Of a stretch of DNA of 64,000 nt, positions 40,754 to 52,996 are shown piece after piece. How positions within the stretch are numbered: the stretch's first letter is position 1; each line of letters begins with the position of its first letter. The notes beneath the pieces were generated by a model. The model saw only the letters and a program-made list of their open reading frames with translations. It searched no databases and was not told the DNA's origin. Position numbers and translations under genes: made by a program. This DNA is from Calcarisporiella thermophila CBS 279.70 (taxonomy: Eukaryota; Fungi; Calcarisporiellomycota): assembly GCF_041956535.1 (NCBI RefSeq), contig NW_027192215.1, positions 289,208 through 353,207 of the forward strand, given 5' to 3'.

Positions 40754-40769
40754 TTTGTCCCTGAGAAAA
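40754..40769 (+). promoter_or_regulatory. Conserved upstream element TTTGTCCCTGAGAAAA (copy 7)
   Basis: One mismatch to consensus, 174 nt before ATG 40943. Confidence 0.62.
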
Positions 40770-40942
40770 GAGAACTCAATAATGGCGAAATAAAAGTAGA
40801 GAAATGCGCAGATGGATGCAGGTAAGCCCACACACCCTAACTCTCCTTCATTTTATTAGTAAGACTATCCAATAATACTAATTAAAAAAAATATTGTAAT
40901 TAATACATTTTAAAATTTTCGATAATTTACAGGAATCTGGAG

Positions 40943-43406
40943 ATGAGGTTCGATATATCAGATGGGGAACTAGCGATCAATTTCGCGTCAATAATATGTG
41001 CTACATTTATTATGGTTCTTGTCATATTTCTTCAATATACTCAGCCCCAGGCCACACGCAGTGTCTCTTTTAGACTCAGTTTTTGGATTGGTCTCGCGGA
41101 TGCTCTCTACCGAAGTTCTTACATCATATATACCGAACTAGATTTCTTAGATGCAATCATGCCAAACCACATCTGGTTAGGTCGAGTTATTTTATGGTCT
41201 TTTCATTTCTTTCCAATGTGGTTCTCACTACTTACAGTGAGCATTGCCTTCGACCTGCAATTTTCCGTATTCCACCAGCACATACCCATACAGAGATTTC
41301 AAAGATGGTATCTCTTATTTGCAACCTTGGTCGCATTTGGCCTATCTTCTCCAGTTTTATTCTATGCAAGTATGAGATATGACGCGAATACTGTGAGTCT
41401 ACCTCACATATCAACTAATGCTCTCCAGACATGTTCCCACTAACCTTGTTCTCTATGGATTAGAAAAGAGTCATTTATGAATGGTCTTATGAGGCCAATC
41501 TTATCAGAGTAGTGGTGTTCATTATTGTTGTGTCCCTCTGCGTATTATACTCCTTCTCCATCATATTTGCCTGCGTGTTAAAAGTTTTTTTATTGATAAT
41601 TCGCGAGAGACGAGAAAAAAATCTCCACGGAGACAAGAATCGTGGTAGGGAATGGCTTGTAATGATGTCAGCTCTTCGGCTCCTTGGATATCCTCTGGTA
41701 CTCATAATATGTTTGCCACCTGAATGCATAATGCATTATATCATCATTTCCAAGACTCGCAATACAGTATTTGGTGATTTCACGGGGAGAGCGAAAGCGA
41801 TCTTAACAGGAATTCAGGGAATTCTCAATCTAATCATCTTTTTGTTCAACCCAACTTTTACAAGTGCACTGAAGGAGTTCTTCATTAACAAACCGGTGGG
41901 ATTTCCGTCAAAATCACAAAGTGTCTCCTACGCCTCGACAAGGATGAATGGGGTAGACACGATACCGCATTTTGGATCCTGGATATGGAAGCAATCTGCT
42001 AGCAAATTGGATCCCATATGTGAAAATATGTCTCCTACTTCTAAAAGGGTTAAATTTGCAAATGTACCAGAGATGAAGAAAGGAAAGATGTCAAATATTG
42101 GAGATGCATTGCAATCCAACCCCTCAATAACAGTCACATCAGATCAGAAACAGTTTGTATTTTCACCAACAGATATACCGGAATCCCAACCTAATGACCG
42201 AAACAAATGGATAATGGGACGACGGTTTTGTGCCGATTTGGGTATCTTTCATTTCATAGTGTTGCTGTGAGCATGTGATCACTGACTTTTACTATGCAGG
42301 GATACATTACATCTTGCCAAATGACGAGGAAGAGATAGACCGATTGATTAGCCAGCACTTTTTCTTTCGGTATGAATTTCATACGCATATATTAACTGAA
42401 GCATCTGCTTTAAGATTTTCCATTATTAGATCACTATTCTCCAATCGCAATTTTCTCTCTCCAGTTCAAGATATCCTGAGAGATGGAGCAATGGTTTTGG
42501 ATTTAGGGTAAGTGTGCATATACAGATGCTTTTAGATATTCTTTCTCAGCGTTTCCTATCGTTGCTAGGTGTGGACCTGGCACATGGATCATGGAGATGG
42601 CTACCGAATTCCCGAGAAGCCAGTTTCACGGCATCGACATATGTGACTTGTTCCCTCAGCAAATCAGACCGGACAATTGTCATTTCCAAGTTGCGAACAT
42701 CCTTAAGGGACTGCCGTTTGAAAACGCGCTGTTTGATTTTATATACATCCGATGCGTGAGTCTAGCAGTGTTCCAGAGCGAATGGGCTGGTGTGATTACA
42801 GAGATACTCCGAGTCCTGAAACCTGGAGGCTATTTAGAATTTGTAGAAGCGGGTAAGAGACTACCAAGAGCTAACGCGTCGCTCACAAAACTGACATATT
42901 TCACCTAACTTCTGTAGATTATGCGATTCAGTGTGAGGGGAAATCTCTCCAGAAGATTGCAGATGGAAGTCAGTTTAAAAACTTTTACCGTAGCTTATTT
43001 GAATGAGACTAAGAGGCAATTATTATTCATCATAGTTTACAACTCATTACGTGCACGAGATATTCATCCATCGTGGACACGTAGAATAGGCGAATATCTA
43101 AGGTCGATTAGCGTTGAAGATATAAGTTCTCTATCTCAGCCCTTTCTCGCTAGCATTTTCTCTGGAAAAGATGGGGAGCGTGGGGTGGTTTACTGGATGC
43201 AGTTTCTAAGTGCATTGAAGCCGCATCTTGCTCAAGTGATGTACATCAGCTCTGAAGAGTACGACGAACTACAACAATGTATCTGTCGGGAACTGAGCAC
43301 AGAGCGTATCCAAATTGATGTAGTATGTACATACGGCCGAAAATCAGGTTACATTGACCAGGCAGAGGAGAATGAAGATCAAATAGAAATATACTCGGAT
43401 GGATAA
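40943..43406 (+). CDS. GPCR-SAM-dependent methyltransferase fusion protein, intact copy 2 (693 aa)
   Basis: Exons 40943-41392, 41464-42241, 42300-42369, 42430-42507, 42569-42852, 42918-42968, 43036-43406 total 2082 nt in one frame. Exons 1 and 3-6 (450, 70, 78, 284, 51 nt) have the same sizes as copy 1. Motifs GRRFCADLGIHYILPNDEEEIDRLISQH, VLDLGCGPGTW, HGIDI, LPFENALFDFIYIR, RVLKPGGYLEFVE. Confidence 0.9.
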
Positions 43407-43759
43407 GGTCGGCAGAGTCAGCTAGGCTTAATGTAGAATGTATCGAAGCTGTCATTGCATTCCAAAATATTTCTAATGTAAATGCATGAATTGGCTGGCA
43501 GTATTAGTGGAAAACCTGGAGCTGATTGATATGATATTTATTTTAACTTAATGTACTTTAAATCCTTTCTTATTCTGTATATTTTCAACTTAGCTCTAGA
43601 ATTAATGCCCATTAATATACCCAGCTAAAATGCGACCTAACGAACTATTACAAGTTTGCTGGATTTGAAGGAAAGTGTGACCGAATATTGAGAATAAAAC
43701 TAGCAAGTTTTTATATTCCCAATCTTAGAAGAGATTTCTCCCTTAAGATTATCTTGAAA

Positions 43760-44265
43760 AAAACATCCGTGGTATGGAGTGTTTTATCACTGGGATAATT
43801 TTAGGCCTCAACGCTGGATAACAAAATATAAATTTATTCAAGCTTACAATATATATTTTATATTCAATGGGATATATCCAAAATGAAATCATATTATAGC
43901 ACTGGCAACATAAGATGTGCAATGTTATTCTTAACCTCATCCTTTACTCCTCGATTACCTTTTTATCCCAGCGTGGCTATTGCTTTAGTAAAGGTGCTTC
44001 GAATATGCAGTGAAAAAGCTCCACGTAGAGCGATGAATCATAATAGGGAACGACTTGTAATATATTCTACTTTGAATATCATGTTTTTCCTAGTTGCCAT
44101 CAAATGTCTTCCAGCCGAATTACTTATTACACATGCTAATTATTATACATTCATGCAACATTCCCCTGTGGCTATTCTATTGCACGAGCTAACATTGTCT
44201 TGATTAGGAAACAAAGTATTGTCTAATCCTCTTTTTGCTCAAGCAACCGATGTTCTCTAATACGC
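43760..44265 (+). pseudogene. Decayed GPCR remnant (TM5-TM7 region)
   Basis: KVLRICSEK..NRERLVIYSTL..CLPAELL aligns with RERLVMMSVLRLLGYP..CLPAECIM of subfamily B; frameshifts and stops; boundaries approximate. Confidence 0.6.
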
Positions 44266-44615
44266 TCTTCTGGGATGAGACAACTAAGAATGATTTTTTT
44301 CTATAATATTCGGATCAGACTGCCGTAAATAACAATTATACCAAGATGTATCCGCTTACACTACTATACGATAATTTTATATCTTATAAAATTCGCCTAT
44401 TAACTTCCTAGTACGAAGATTTGAGTTTAGATTGAATTATGGAGTTTTTTTTTGTGCCAAATTGATACCAGCAATTATTCAAAAACTTTGACAAAATCGA
44501 GTATATTTATTCTTTTGAAATTAGTCTAAGTTGTAATTAGGTATACAAGAAGACTCTCTCTCGTTAATTTTCTCTTGGATCTAACTGCACCACCTGAAAG
44601 TACAGGATGGATTAG

Positions 44616-45472
44616 ATGGGCGATTATATTCTGAAAATTTTTTAAAGAAACTAGAGTGATCCAAGCTACTCAAATATTTAAGGTAACCCGACACCAGAGA
44701 TTCGAAATATTTTTTTCTTTCTCTTTTAAAAGAATGTATAGGCAAAAAAAAATTGGAGGCCGCAAAAAAAATCTCATCGCGAGAATCCAGCAATACGGCG
44801 CTGTGCGAAACTCGCATTTGATTTACGTAAGAAGAAAGGACTTAGTGCGTTAGATGTAAATACATTATCTGCAACCGAGAAATGGCGATTTGAAATGGAA
44901 GTCAATCGACTGTTTAGGAAGTGGGCACATAGGCAACATGCGCGAGGGGCTTTAAAAATTGATGAAGATGGCGTAATACGCGATGCAACACCTGACGAGG
45001 TATTTCGGCGAGCTGAGATTACAAGCGATTCATGTCTTTCTCCAAATCCAAAAGCAACTTTTAGTCCTTCATCCACTCCCCCTCCAGAAGGACTCGATAA
45101 CTTTCAGAAGCAATATGTAACGGCACCCCTTACTTGAGCTTTACTTTTCCGGCTGGAGAGAGATTCACATTCTACGATATTTACGAGAAGAGAAAGGCGA
45201 GTCTCGGGAAAGGAACAAACGTTCAAATTGAAACGAATTATCCGACAAATTTTCGCAAAGGAATGCAGGATATTATATGGAAATATTAAGTTTGTTGCTT
45301 CGACTAATAATGCATGAGATAGCTCCTGGCACAAGCTTAGATGTAATTGATTTAGTAATAACACCTTGAATTACGCGGCGATATATCCCAGAGGACTTGG
45401 AGTGCAACTCAGAGAGAGTGGAAACAATGCTGGACGAGTTCAATACTATGAATTATGGAATGGACTTTGATT
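44616..45472 (+). pseudogene. Unidentified frameshifted coding remnant
   Basis: Protein-like stretch SHRENPAIRRCAKLAFDLRKKKGLSALDVNTLSATEKWRFEMEVNRLFRKW..GALKIDEDGVIRD, with a plausible GT-AG intron (44683-44741) and frame breaks at homopolymer runs. Family not recognised. Confidence 0.35.
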
Positions 45473-46767
45473 AAAACCAAGTATTGCGTCTTACCGAAAA
45501 CTTTCTCTCACGCTGGCAAACCCGTAACAGAGACCCAGCATCCGACATAGAATATACGACTGAAGCAACTCATATACTTGACAAACTTGTTTAAAATTTT
45601 GAAAAAAAAAAAAAGCTTATTTCATCTCAGCCCATCTTCCGATTTTGGCCCTATGCTTCCCGTTACATCTCATTGCTCAGTAATACAATTATATTCTATC
45701 TGCTTATAGATAGAATTGATCCAGAATTGCAGTAGTATTTTTCTCATCAAATTACCTAGCTCAAACCCCCAAAACATCTGTGAGAACTTTGTAAGAATCC
45801 TGTATTGACCCTAAATAGACACAGTACGCTGAAATGGAGTAACACTTTAATCAAAGGCTAAATGCTAAAAGACTCTGGTGCAGTAGCTTACATCAAACAT
45901 ATCATTAAAGCTTCGTAGCAACGGCATCAATTCTTGATATTACTCTAAGAAAAGCAATCCGCAGGTAAACAGAAATATATGCCAAATAAAATTTGGTTAA
46001 CTGCTATTTGTCCCTTTAGAACAACCCTTTGAAGTACAGCACACAATTATTATTCGAATCGACCTGCAGAAATCGGGTTATTACGCTCTGGGACAAGTTT
46101 CGGTAATCCAAGCAGCTTATTCACCCTGGCTTGAGAACAAGGATCATAAGTGCAGAGGCTTGAAAGTCGGTGAGTTTCTGTTGACGTGATGCATGTATTA
46201 TTATTCTCAGAGCAAAAATTGGTTGTAGTTTAACGTGGTCTTTGCTAAACATTTGATGGTAAAGGAGGAGCTCACACAAGAAAAAAAGAGTGTTTCAAAC
46301 CAACCTGCTTGGCTGGGATTAGAGTTAATTTGTTTTATACCTATTTATACATTCGGTTTGTCTTCAATAGGATAATGGGCAATTAGTGTGAGGTGATTTG
46401 TTTTTTTTTATGCCAAGTGTCTGCTGACCCGACTCCATGGTAAAACTCTGGAAACCGGCCAGGTCAATGCTGTGCTGTACTGCTAACGCAATACTAGAGT
46501 AGACAGGTGTGAAATTTCAGATAAGATAGGGTATCTGTCCTTTAAACCGAGAGCTCAAAATTTGTGCCTCCAGATATTAATTTGATGGGTTTTGGGAATC
46601 GCCAATAGCGTGCTTTCCCCACCCAATGGGCCACAATTTAAAATTGACCCTTATTTCAAGGATTACATTTTGCATGCTGATCAGATATATATACTTCTGT
46701 CAAAGTGGCAAGCATGCATCTCCGAACGACTCTCCGTTCACTCGGCCTTTTCTCGGTTTAGGCCAGC

Positions 46768-47939
46768 ATGGATGATGTACAGCAAGAGTATTTTGCGTTA
46801 AATTTAGCATCCATAGTGTGTGCATTTTCGATCATGGCCATGGTCGTATGGCTAAGATGGACACAGGTAGACATTGCCAGCACTATTTCATTCAGGCTGT
46901 CATTTTGGATAGGTTTTGTGGATGTGCTCTATCGTGTATGTATAGCCTCTTATTGATCCCCTCTTCTGCCTTCAATCGGTTCCGGGGCACTTACCATGCA
47001 TCTCCATTCGTTTGACTCAGGGCATATTTCTCTTTCGCACCAACTACTCTCTCATGGACACTCTGCTCCCCTCCCAGCCCCTGATCGTGCGTCTTCTTCT
47101 GGGATCAATCTATATCTTCCCACTTTGGTTTGCATTCCTTAATGTGACCATAGCCCTCGACTTGCACCTCTCCTTTCTCTGTCGACAATCCAATATGAAG
47201 AGGTTCCAACGTTGGTATCTTCCAGCGTCTTTCTTCGCAGCAATAGTCCTCGGAATCCCGATTATGCTAGTTGGGACACCTTACTGGGACAAGGAGCTTG
47301 TGAGTGAAGTGGCTAAAAATGTTCCCCCACCCACATCTTAGAGCTAATGTTTCGTTGTGCGTGTAATAGCACTCTGTCATGTTCGACTGGAACTTCTCTA
47401 CGTCCATCGCAATCGAGCTTCTTTGTTCAGATATATGGATGGCATTTGCGATTGTGTATGCCTTCTTCATTATTCTCGCGGTGCTCTTTCAAATCCTAAA
47501 GGATCTCAAGGCTATAAAAGTACGCACCCAAACTATTCAGTACGAATTTCGAGAGAAGGAGGGGCAACTTGTCTGCTCAGTTCTGCGAATCTTACTCTAT
47601 CCATGCGTGCTAGTCATCTGCCAGCCTGCGACCATTGTGGTTAGCTGGCTTTTCGTCACCGACACCGCGTTTACTAAGCTCGGTTCGGCAATAAGACGCA
47701 TAGAGGCGATTACGAATGGGTTGCAAGGAATTCTTAATCTCATTGTCTTTCTCATCAATCCTGCAGTTGCACGAGCACTCTGTCGTGTACCATGGATCAA
47801 AAGATTTTTAAATCGCATATTTCCAAGCAATAACCAGATCCACATGGTTGAAAACGGTGCGGCGATTGACATCATGGTTGCTCGTCTGGACAATCAAGGT
47901 GCCATGAATTCCAGCTCAAATATACCCCCTAGTGCATAA
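46768..47939 (+). CDS. Compact 7-TM GPCR-like receptor, subfamily A copy 5 (~338 aa)
   Basis: Exons 46768-46935, 47021-47299, 47370-47939 in frame. Motifs ASTISFRLSFWIGFVD, IALDLHLSFL, LRILLYP, GLQGILNLIVFLINP. Confidence 0.88.
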
Positions 47940-48506
47940 ACCGAATTATCATCAAATGCTCAGTTATTATTTAATATTCTGTATGATTGCTATAAGCCTA
48001 TTATGTGCATTAGAAATGTGTTTTTAGCTTCATGCTGGCCCTATATTTTCTTTAGCTTTTCTTTGAAATGGAGAGTGGGAAAAATATCCTCCTGGTGTCA
48101 AATTTGAATCTGAATATGAAATTTTCATATTGTATCCCCGTTTCTAAGTTTTCCCAAGTCAAGAGAGCTCGCAAGTCTAATAGTATGAGTTAGGGGTCTG
48201 CTAGCAGAGAGGGTCTATTGCAGTTTTAGTATTGTTGAAAAGTCGCATTCTTCGTCCTCTGATAATCCCTTTGCTACACTATACAAGGTGTGAATGATCA
48301 ATTTTAATACCATGATTGCGTCCGTGTCCACAAATCACATGCGGCGCAGCGTCATGTCTTGTGACCGTCAACCCAAGGGTGGGGATTAAAATGATAGCCA
48401 AGATTCTTGAGCTCCTTTTCTTTTCCTTGCTACTTTGCTTCTAATCACCATCGATCATTATTAATCGGTTACCACACGAATAAGCATCATTGAATATACT
48501 CAGAAC

Positions 48507-49050
48507 ATGCGTTCTAAATTTAAAGACGAGCATCCATTCGGTAAGATTAACTTTCCGTTACTTTTAATTTTATATTGGTGGGGAACCATAAGTGGGATAC
48601 GCATGAAGAATGAAAGCATAATGTGCATTTTTCACTAATTCGCTCTGATATTTAGAGAAGAGAAAGGCGGAGGCGGACCGCATTCGCCAAAAGTATCCTG
48701 ACCGTATTCCTGTAAGTGCTCTACCCCGTGCCACCAGCCTTGTTCTTTAACCAGGTATTAACTCGTTTTATTGAACGCCATTTTAGGTAATCTGTGAGAA
48801 GGCAGACCGCTCTGACATCCCCGACATTGATAAGAAGAAATACCTTGTACCTGCGGACTTAACTGTGGGTCAATTTGTATATGTGATTAGAAAGCGAGTG
48901 CAGCTGCAAGCCGAGAAGGCCATATTCTTGTTCGTGGATGACATGCTCCCTCCGACAGCAGCCCTCATGTCTGCAATCTACGACGAGCACAAGGATGAGG
49001 ACGGTTTCCTGTATATTACTTACTCTGGCGAGAATACTTTTGGGAATTGA
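48507..49050 (+). CDS. ATG8: Autophagy ubiquitin-like protein Atg8
   Basis: Exons 48507-48540, 48656-48711, 48787-49050 give [61 protein letters not shown]. Confidence 0.98.
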
Positions 49051-49369
49051 GATGTAATTTTTTTTCTATGTGTAGATTTTTCTTTTTCTCCTAGCGTTTA
49101 TTTAGTGAAATATCTTTCCTATTTTTTGCACTTTTTTCCCTTTCTGACGGAGTGTATTTCTCTCGTTTATCACTTTCGCAGTAACCTTCTCTCTTGATTA
49201 ATTTCTATTATTCCAATCATTTTTCTCGCTCTTTTTCTTTTTGTTAATTTCCAAAGGTTAAATGATATAAACAATGCGTATTTCATTGAGATCTTGAAGG
49301 AAAAATAAAACATTGGAGAACAATCCGCTTTCATACTCTAAAAATACAAAATAACATCCTATATTATTT

Positions 49370-50109
49370 CTACACGTCCAGCTCCTCCTCAGTGTCCCTG
49401 CCCAGCGAGAGCCGTAGTCGCTTCCTCTCCCCTCCACTCCCAACGACGACCCTAGTTTTTTTCTTCTTCAATACACCTCTCGATGCGATACTGGAGCGAT
49501 CATCGCTCGAGTCATCATCATCACGCTCACGCAGGGCGATAGCCTAGTAGGGTCAAAGCCAAATAGATAGCACATTAGTTATCCGGGAGGGCAACAAAGT
49601 AGAAGATTAATGCGCTTGTTGGGGGAAGAGGGATAGTAGGAGATCAAATAAAAAGGGAGCTAGAGCGATGGATTACCTTTGCAAAAGTGGTCGAACTCAT
49701 GGAAAAGAGCCGATCGGCATCGGTTATCCTTCGCCTTCTCTCTCCAGCAATGGCTCGCCCGCCCAAATAACCCTCGAATCCCCGTATAATATTTCCATAT
49801 TGCTGGGTGTCCTCAAGGTAGTTGCCCTCATACATGTAGATCGATTGCTCAAGCTTAGTCTATTAAAAAGGTTGATATCAGAGATCAGGTGATAGAGAAT
49901 AGATGATGTGCGGGATGAGGCAATATACCAGGTTCTGATCAACTTGTTTCTTGCGCGAGAGTAGTTCCTGGAGCTCATGCTTCACCTCCTCGTACTGCTC
50001 CATGGTTGGTTTCTGTAAGATCGACCCAATTAGCAGGGGTCTACCTAGCATATTCAATAGTAGGAATTCTCACCTCGGTATTAGCGCTCGTATTACTGAT
50101 GTCCGGCAT
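49370..50109 (-). CDS. EAF6: NuA4/NuA3 histone acetyltransferase subunit Eaf6
   Basis: Four exons: ELQELLSRKKQVDQNL/TKLEQSIYMYEGNYLEDTQQYGNIIRGFEGYL..DADRLFSMSSTT. Confidence 0.93.
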
Positions 50110-50676
50110 GGTCTATCTATAAATATGATGTGAAATGATTCTTTCGACCACAATTGTGGATCGCTTTGATTAAAGCTCTTCAGAGGGTCAAGCTAACAGG
50201 CTGCGCCGCAATTCACATCAAATTTAAGCCCTCGTGATCAGGAAATTTGATTAGAGCACTCAGGATTGAAATATCGAAGCAGGCAAATTTTCGGAATACA
50301 GCAAGAACATACTTCGTGTATTATTATCGAAAATTCATGGAGATCTGTCGTCTTTTGCCATGAGAATCTTTCATTCTAATATTGGGAGTAGGTTTTGTTT
50401 CTTTTTTAAAAGAAACCACTGAACTGTCTGAGGATGATGCAGATAATATTTTGAAAAATAAAATAGTGGAAGACATTGATTTAAAGCCGAGGCTGGTCTA
50501 AAAAGCATTTTCAATTATGATACTAAATGGTAGAGTGTCCTTCAATCCGAGCGTTGAGTATAGAAAAAGAGAAGAGATCAGACAAAAAGAGATGAAATAA
50601 CATGGCCTAAAAAGACAGTTGTAAAGAATAATTACACCTTTTACAATAAAGCAACCGCCAGAGAGCACACATGGCA

Positions 50677-51445
50677 CTAATGCAACCTCCGAAAGCTCTC
50701 TGATACCCTGTTGACCGACCCACTTGTTCCAATGCCCGGCTTTCGCTTTAGCTTGTTGACCTCTTGGACCGCAGACACGATCTCGGAGATATTCGTCTCA
50801 AGCACCTAGTGTAATTCGCGTGGTTAGCGATATGAGCTTGCAAAAAAGGAACTTATAGGGCCTTACCATTCCGCCAGAAATGACTTCGGAGAGGATGTGA
50901 TGCACCTATATTCAGCAATGAAAATATATTAGCGAACACCGCTCCACCACCGGTAAGAAAAACGCGAACATTACCTCTTCAAAATGGAATATCAGATCCA
51001 GCTCACATACATTTTCAAAGCATCTATCCAGACTCTCCACGAACACCTATTCGCATCCCATTGATTGTTAGCGACATTCTGGTATTGCACTCAACATCAA
51101 ATTGCCCCACCTGTATCAAGTCTAGAATTCCGAGCTCACTTTCACAGTCATCTACCACAAAGACAAAATAGAGTGTTGCATAATGACGATAAATCACACG
51201 TGTGTCTTTCCCTCCGAGCATCTGACTCCCCTCCAGGAAATTGCACACGGTATCCGGGCGCTTTGACACTAGCGTATAGATCTCTTGGAGAAGGGCTTGT
51301 TGCGTTGCAATGTCCTATACAAGCCAAACATTGGTTGGTATGGAAAAACACATTAAGAAAAAAGCAAAATGATTACAATCTGCTGGTAGAATTTAGTTAA
51401 TCGGGGCTTCCCATGGTTATTAAATATAAGGACCGATTTGATCAT
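50677..51445 (-). CDS. APS3: AP-3 complex sigma subunit
   Basis: Five exons: MIKSVLIFNNHGKPRLTKFY..VCNFLEG..IYRHYATLYFVFVVD..ESELGILDLIQVFVESLDRCFENVCELDLIFH..GGMVLETNI. Confidence 0.96.
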
Positions 51446-51584
51446 GGTTATACGTTAAAAAGATAGCCTTCAGCCGAAAAATAACCTAAAGACACCTTTT
51501 AGAGAATTGTGGCGCATTTTTTCCATAATCATCCACTGTAATTTCTGCCTGGCTCTCGCAAACATTTCGATCGATTCCATCGCC

Positions 51585-52209
51585 ATGGCAGAAAACGACC
51601 CGCCTCGCTCTGCCGATGCATCCACATCGGGTCAGAACAAACCCTCCTCGTTGACCGATGCTGTCAAAGTAACTACCGATTGAGATTGGCGCTGCACCTG
51701 TTCCACTGACGCTAATGCATTACACTTTAATGGATAGACCATTTCCTTGTCTGATTTCCAAAACATTGGTCGAATGCCGTGTGCACGCTCCAGTCTTCTC
51801 TATGGAATTGGCAGTGGCTTCGGCGTCGGTGGTATCCACTACCTCCTTCGAGGTAGTACTGAATTCTATCCGCTTTTCGTGCATTCTAAGGCTGGTTGCT
51901 AATGGGTTTTTTTGGGTGGAGGATAGGCAATCTAAGAAGGGCATGCAACTGGAGCGTGGGTGCTTTCTGTCTTGTGTCGATTGCTTCCTGGTAACTGTCC
52001 TTTTCTCCCAGCTGACTCGAGAGGGGACTGGAGAGACGGATGCTAACGGGTTTGGATGGGATAGGGAGCTCTGCCAGAGCAAGCGTAGAGCGGCCGCGCA
52101 GCGGATACAGACCATCATCCAGCAGGCCGAAGAGACACGGCGGAGGAAGCTCGAGAGGAAGGCCGCTGTAGAGCAAGCACAGGACAAGCCGGAGGTAGAC
52201 GGCGTCTAG
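51585..52209 (+). CDS. COX20: Cytochrome c oxidase assembly factor Cox20
   Basis: Four exons give DFQNIGRMPCARSSLLYGIGSGFGVGG..RRACNWSVGAFCLVSIASWELCQSKR (Cox20 PCxRxS, NW and WExC pattern). Confidence 0.88.
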
Positions 52210-52996
52210 TTTGCCGGGTGGGGGAAGAAAATTTGGAGCCGTCTTGCCGAATTCTTGGAGGAGGAGAGTGACTGTTAGACTCAATGTGATGATAAAAATT
52301 TTCTGTTATTTTTTCTCTTTTCTTCGTTGTTGCATTGCACCTTCACCCCCTTCATTGTTGCTGTTTTTGTCTCATTGGCAACTATATCAGAGTCCTATTT
52401 ATTTATCCTCGATATCCCACCCTACGTCTGCATTGCTGGTAAAAATCGTCTTTTGCGTAGCGCTGGCTATAGACAAGAGAAGCTCCGTGGCCGATATTAA
52501 CCCTGATCTCCCCATTGCAGCCACGATTACGTCTCTTTTCCTTCTCCACACGAACTGACGTAGTCCTGTATATAAGGGGTTGCAAGAATCTAGCCATTCC
52601 ATCTAGCATTGCCAATAGGCTATTTATCATTCCAGCTTCCGCCCTTTTTTATTGGATCACCACGCCCTTGCGCAATCAAGTATTCAAGGTAGGCTATCTC
52701 TTCCCTGATCTATTACGTGTACTTTGGGGGTGTAGGCTAATGCCATGATCTCTAGTTTTGGATTCAACCAGAATCTCCGAATTGATTGGTGGGGGGGAAT
52801 TCTCCGGGGATTACACAGCCGGTAGGGCATCGCCTCGCTATCTCTCACATTTGCTGGGCATTAACCCTCCTCCCTTTTGCCATTAGACCCCCCAACCAGC
52901 ACACAAGAGCCACTCACATCGTCAAGACCACCCACCCACAACCTCCCCTCTGACAACGAGGACGAAAGCGCGCACCCTCGCAAGCGCGCACGCACC

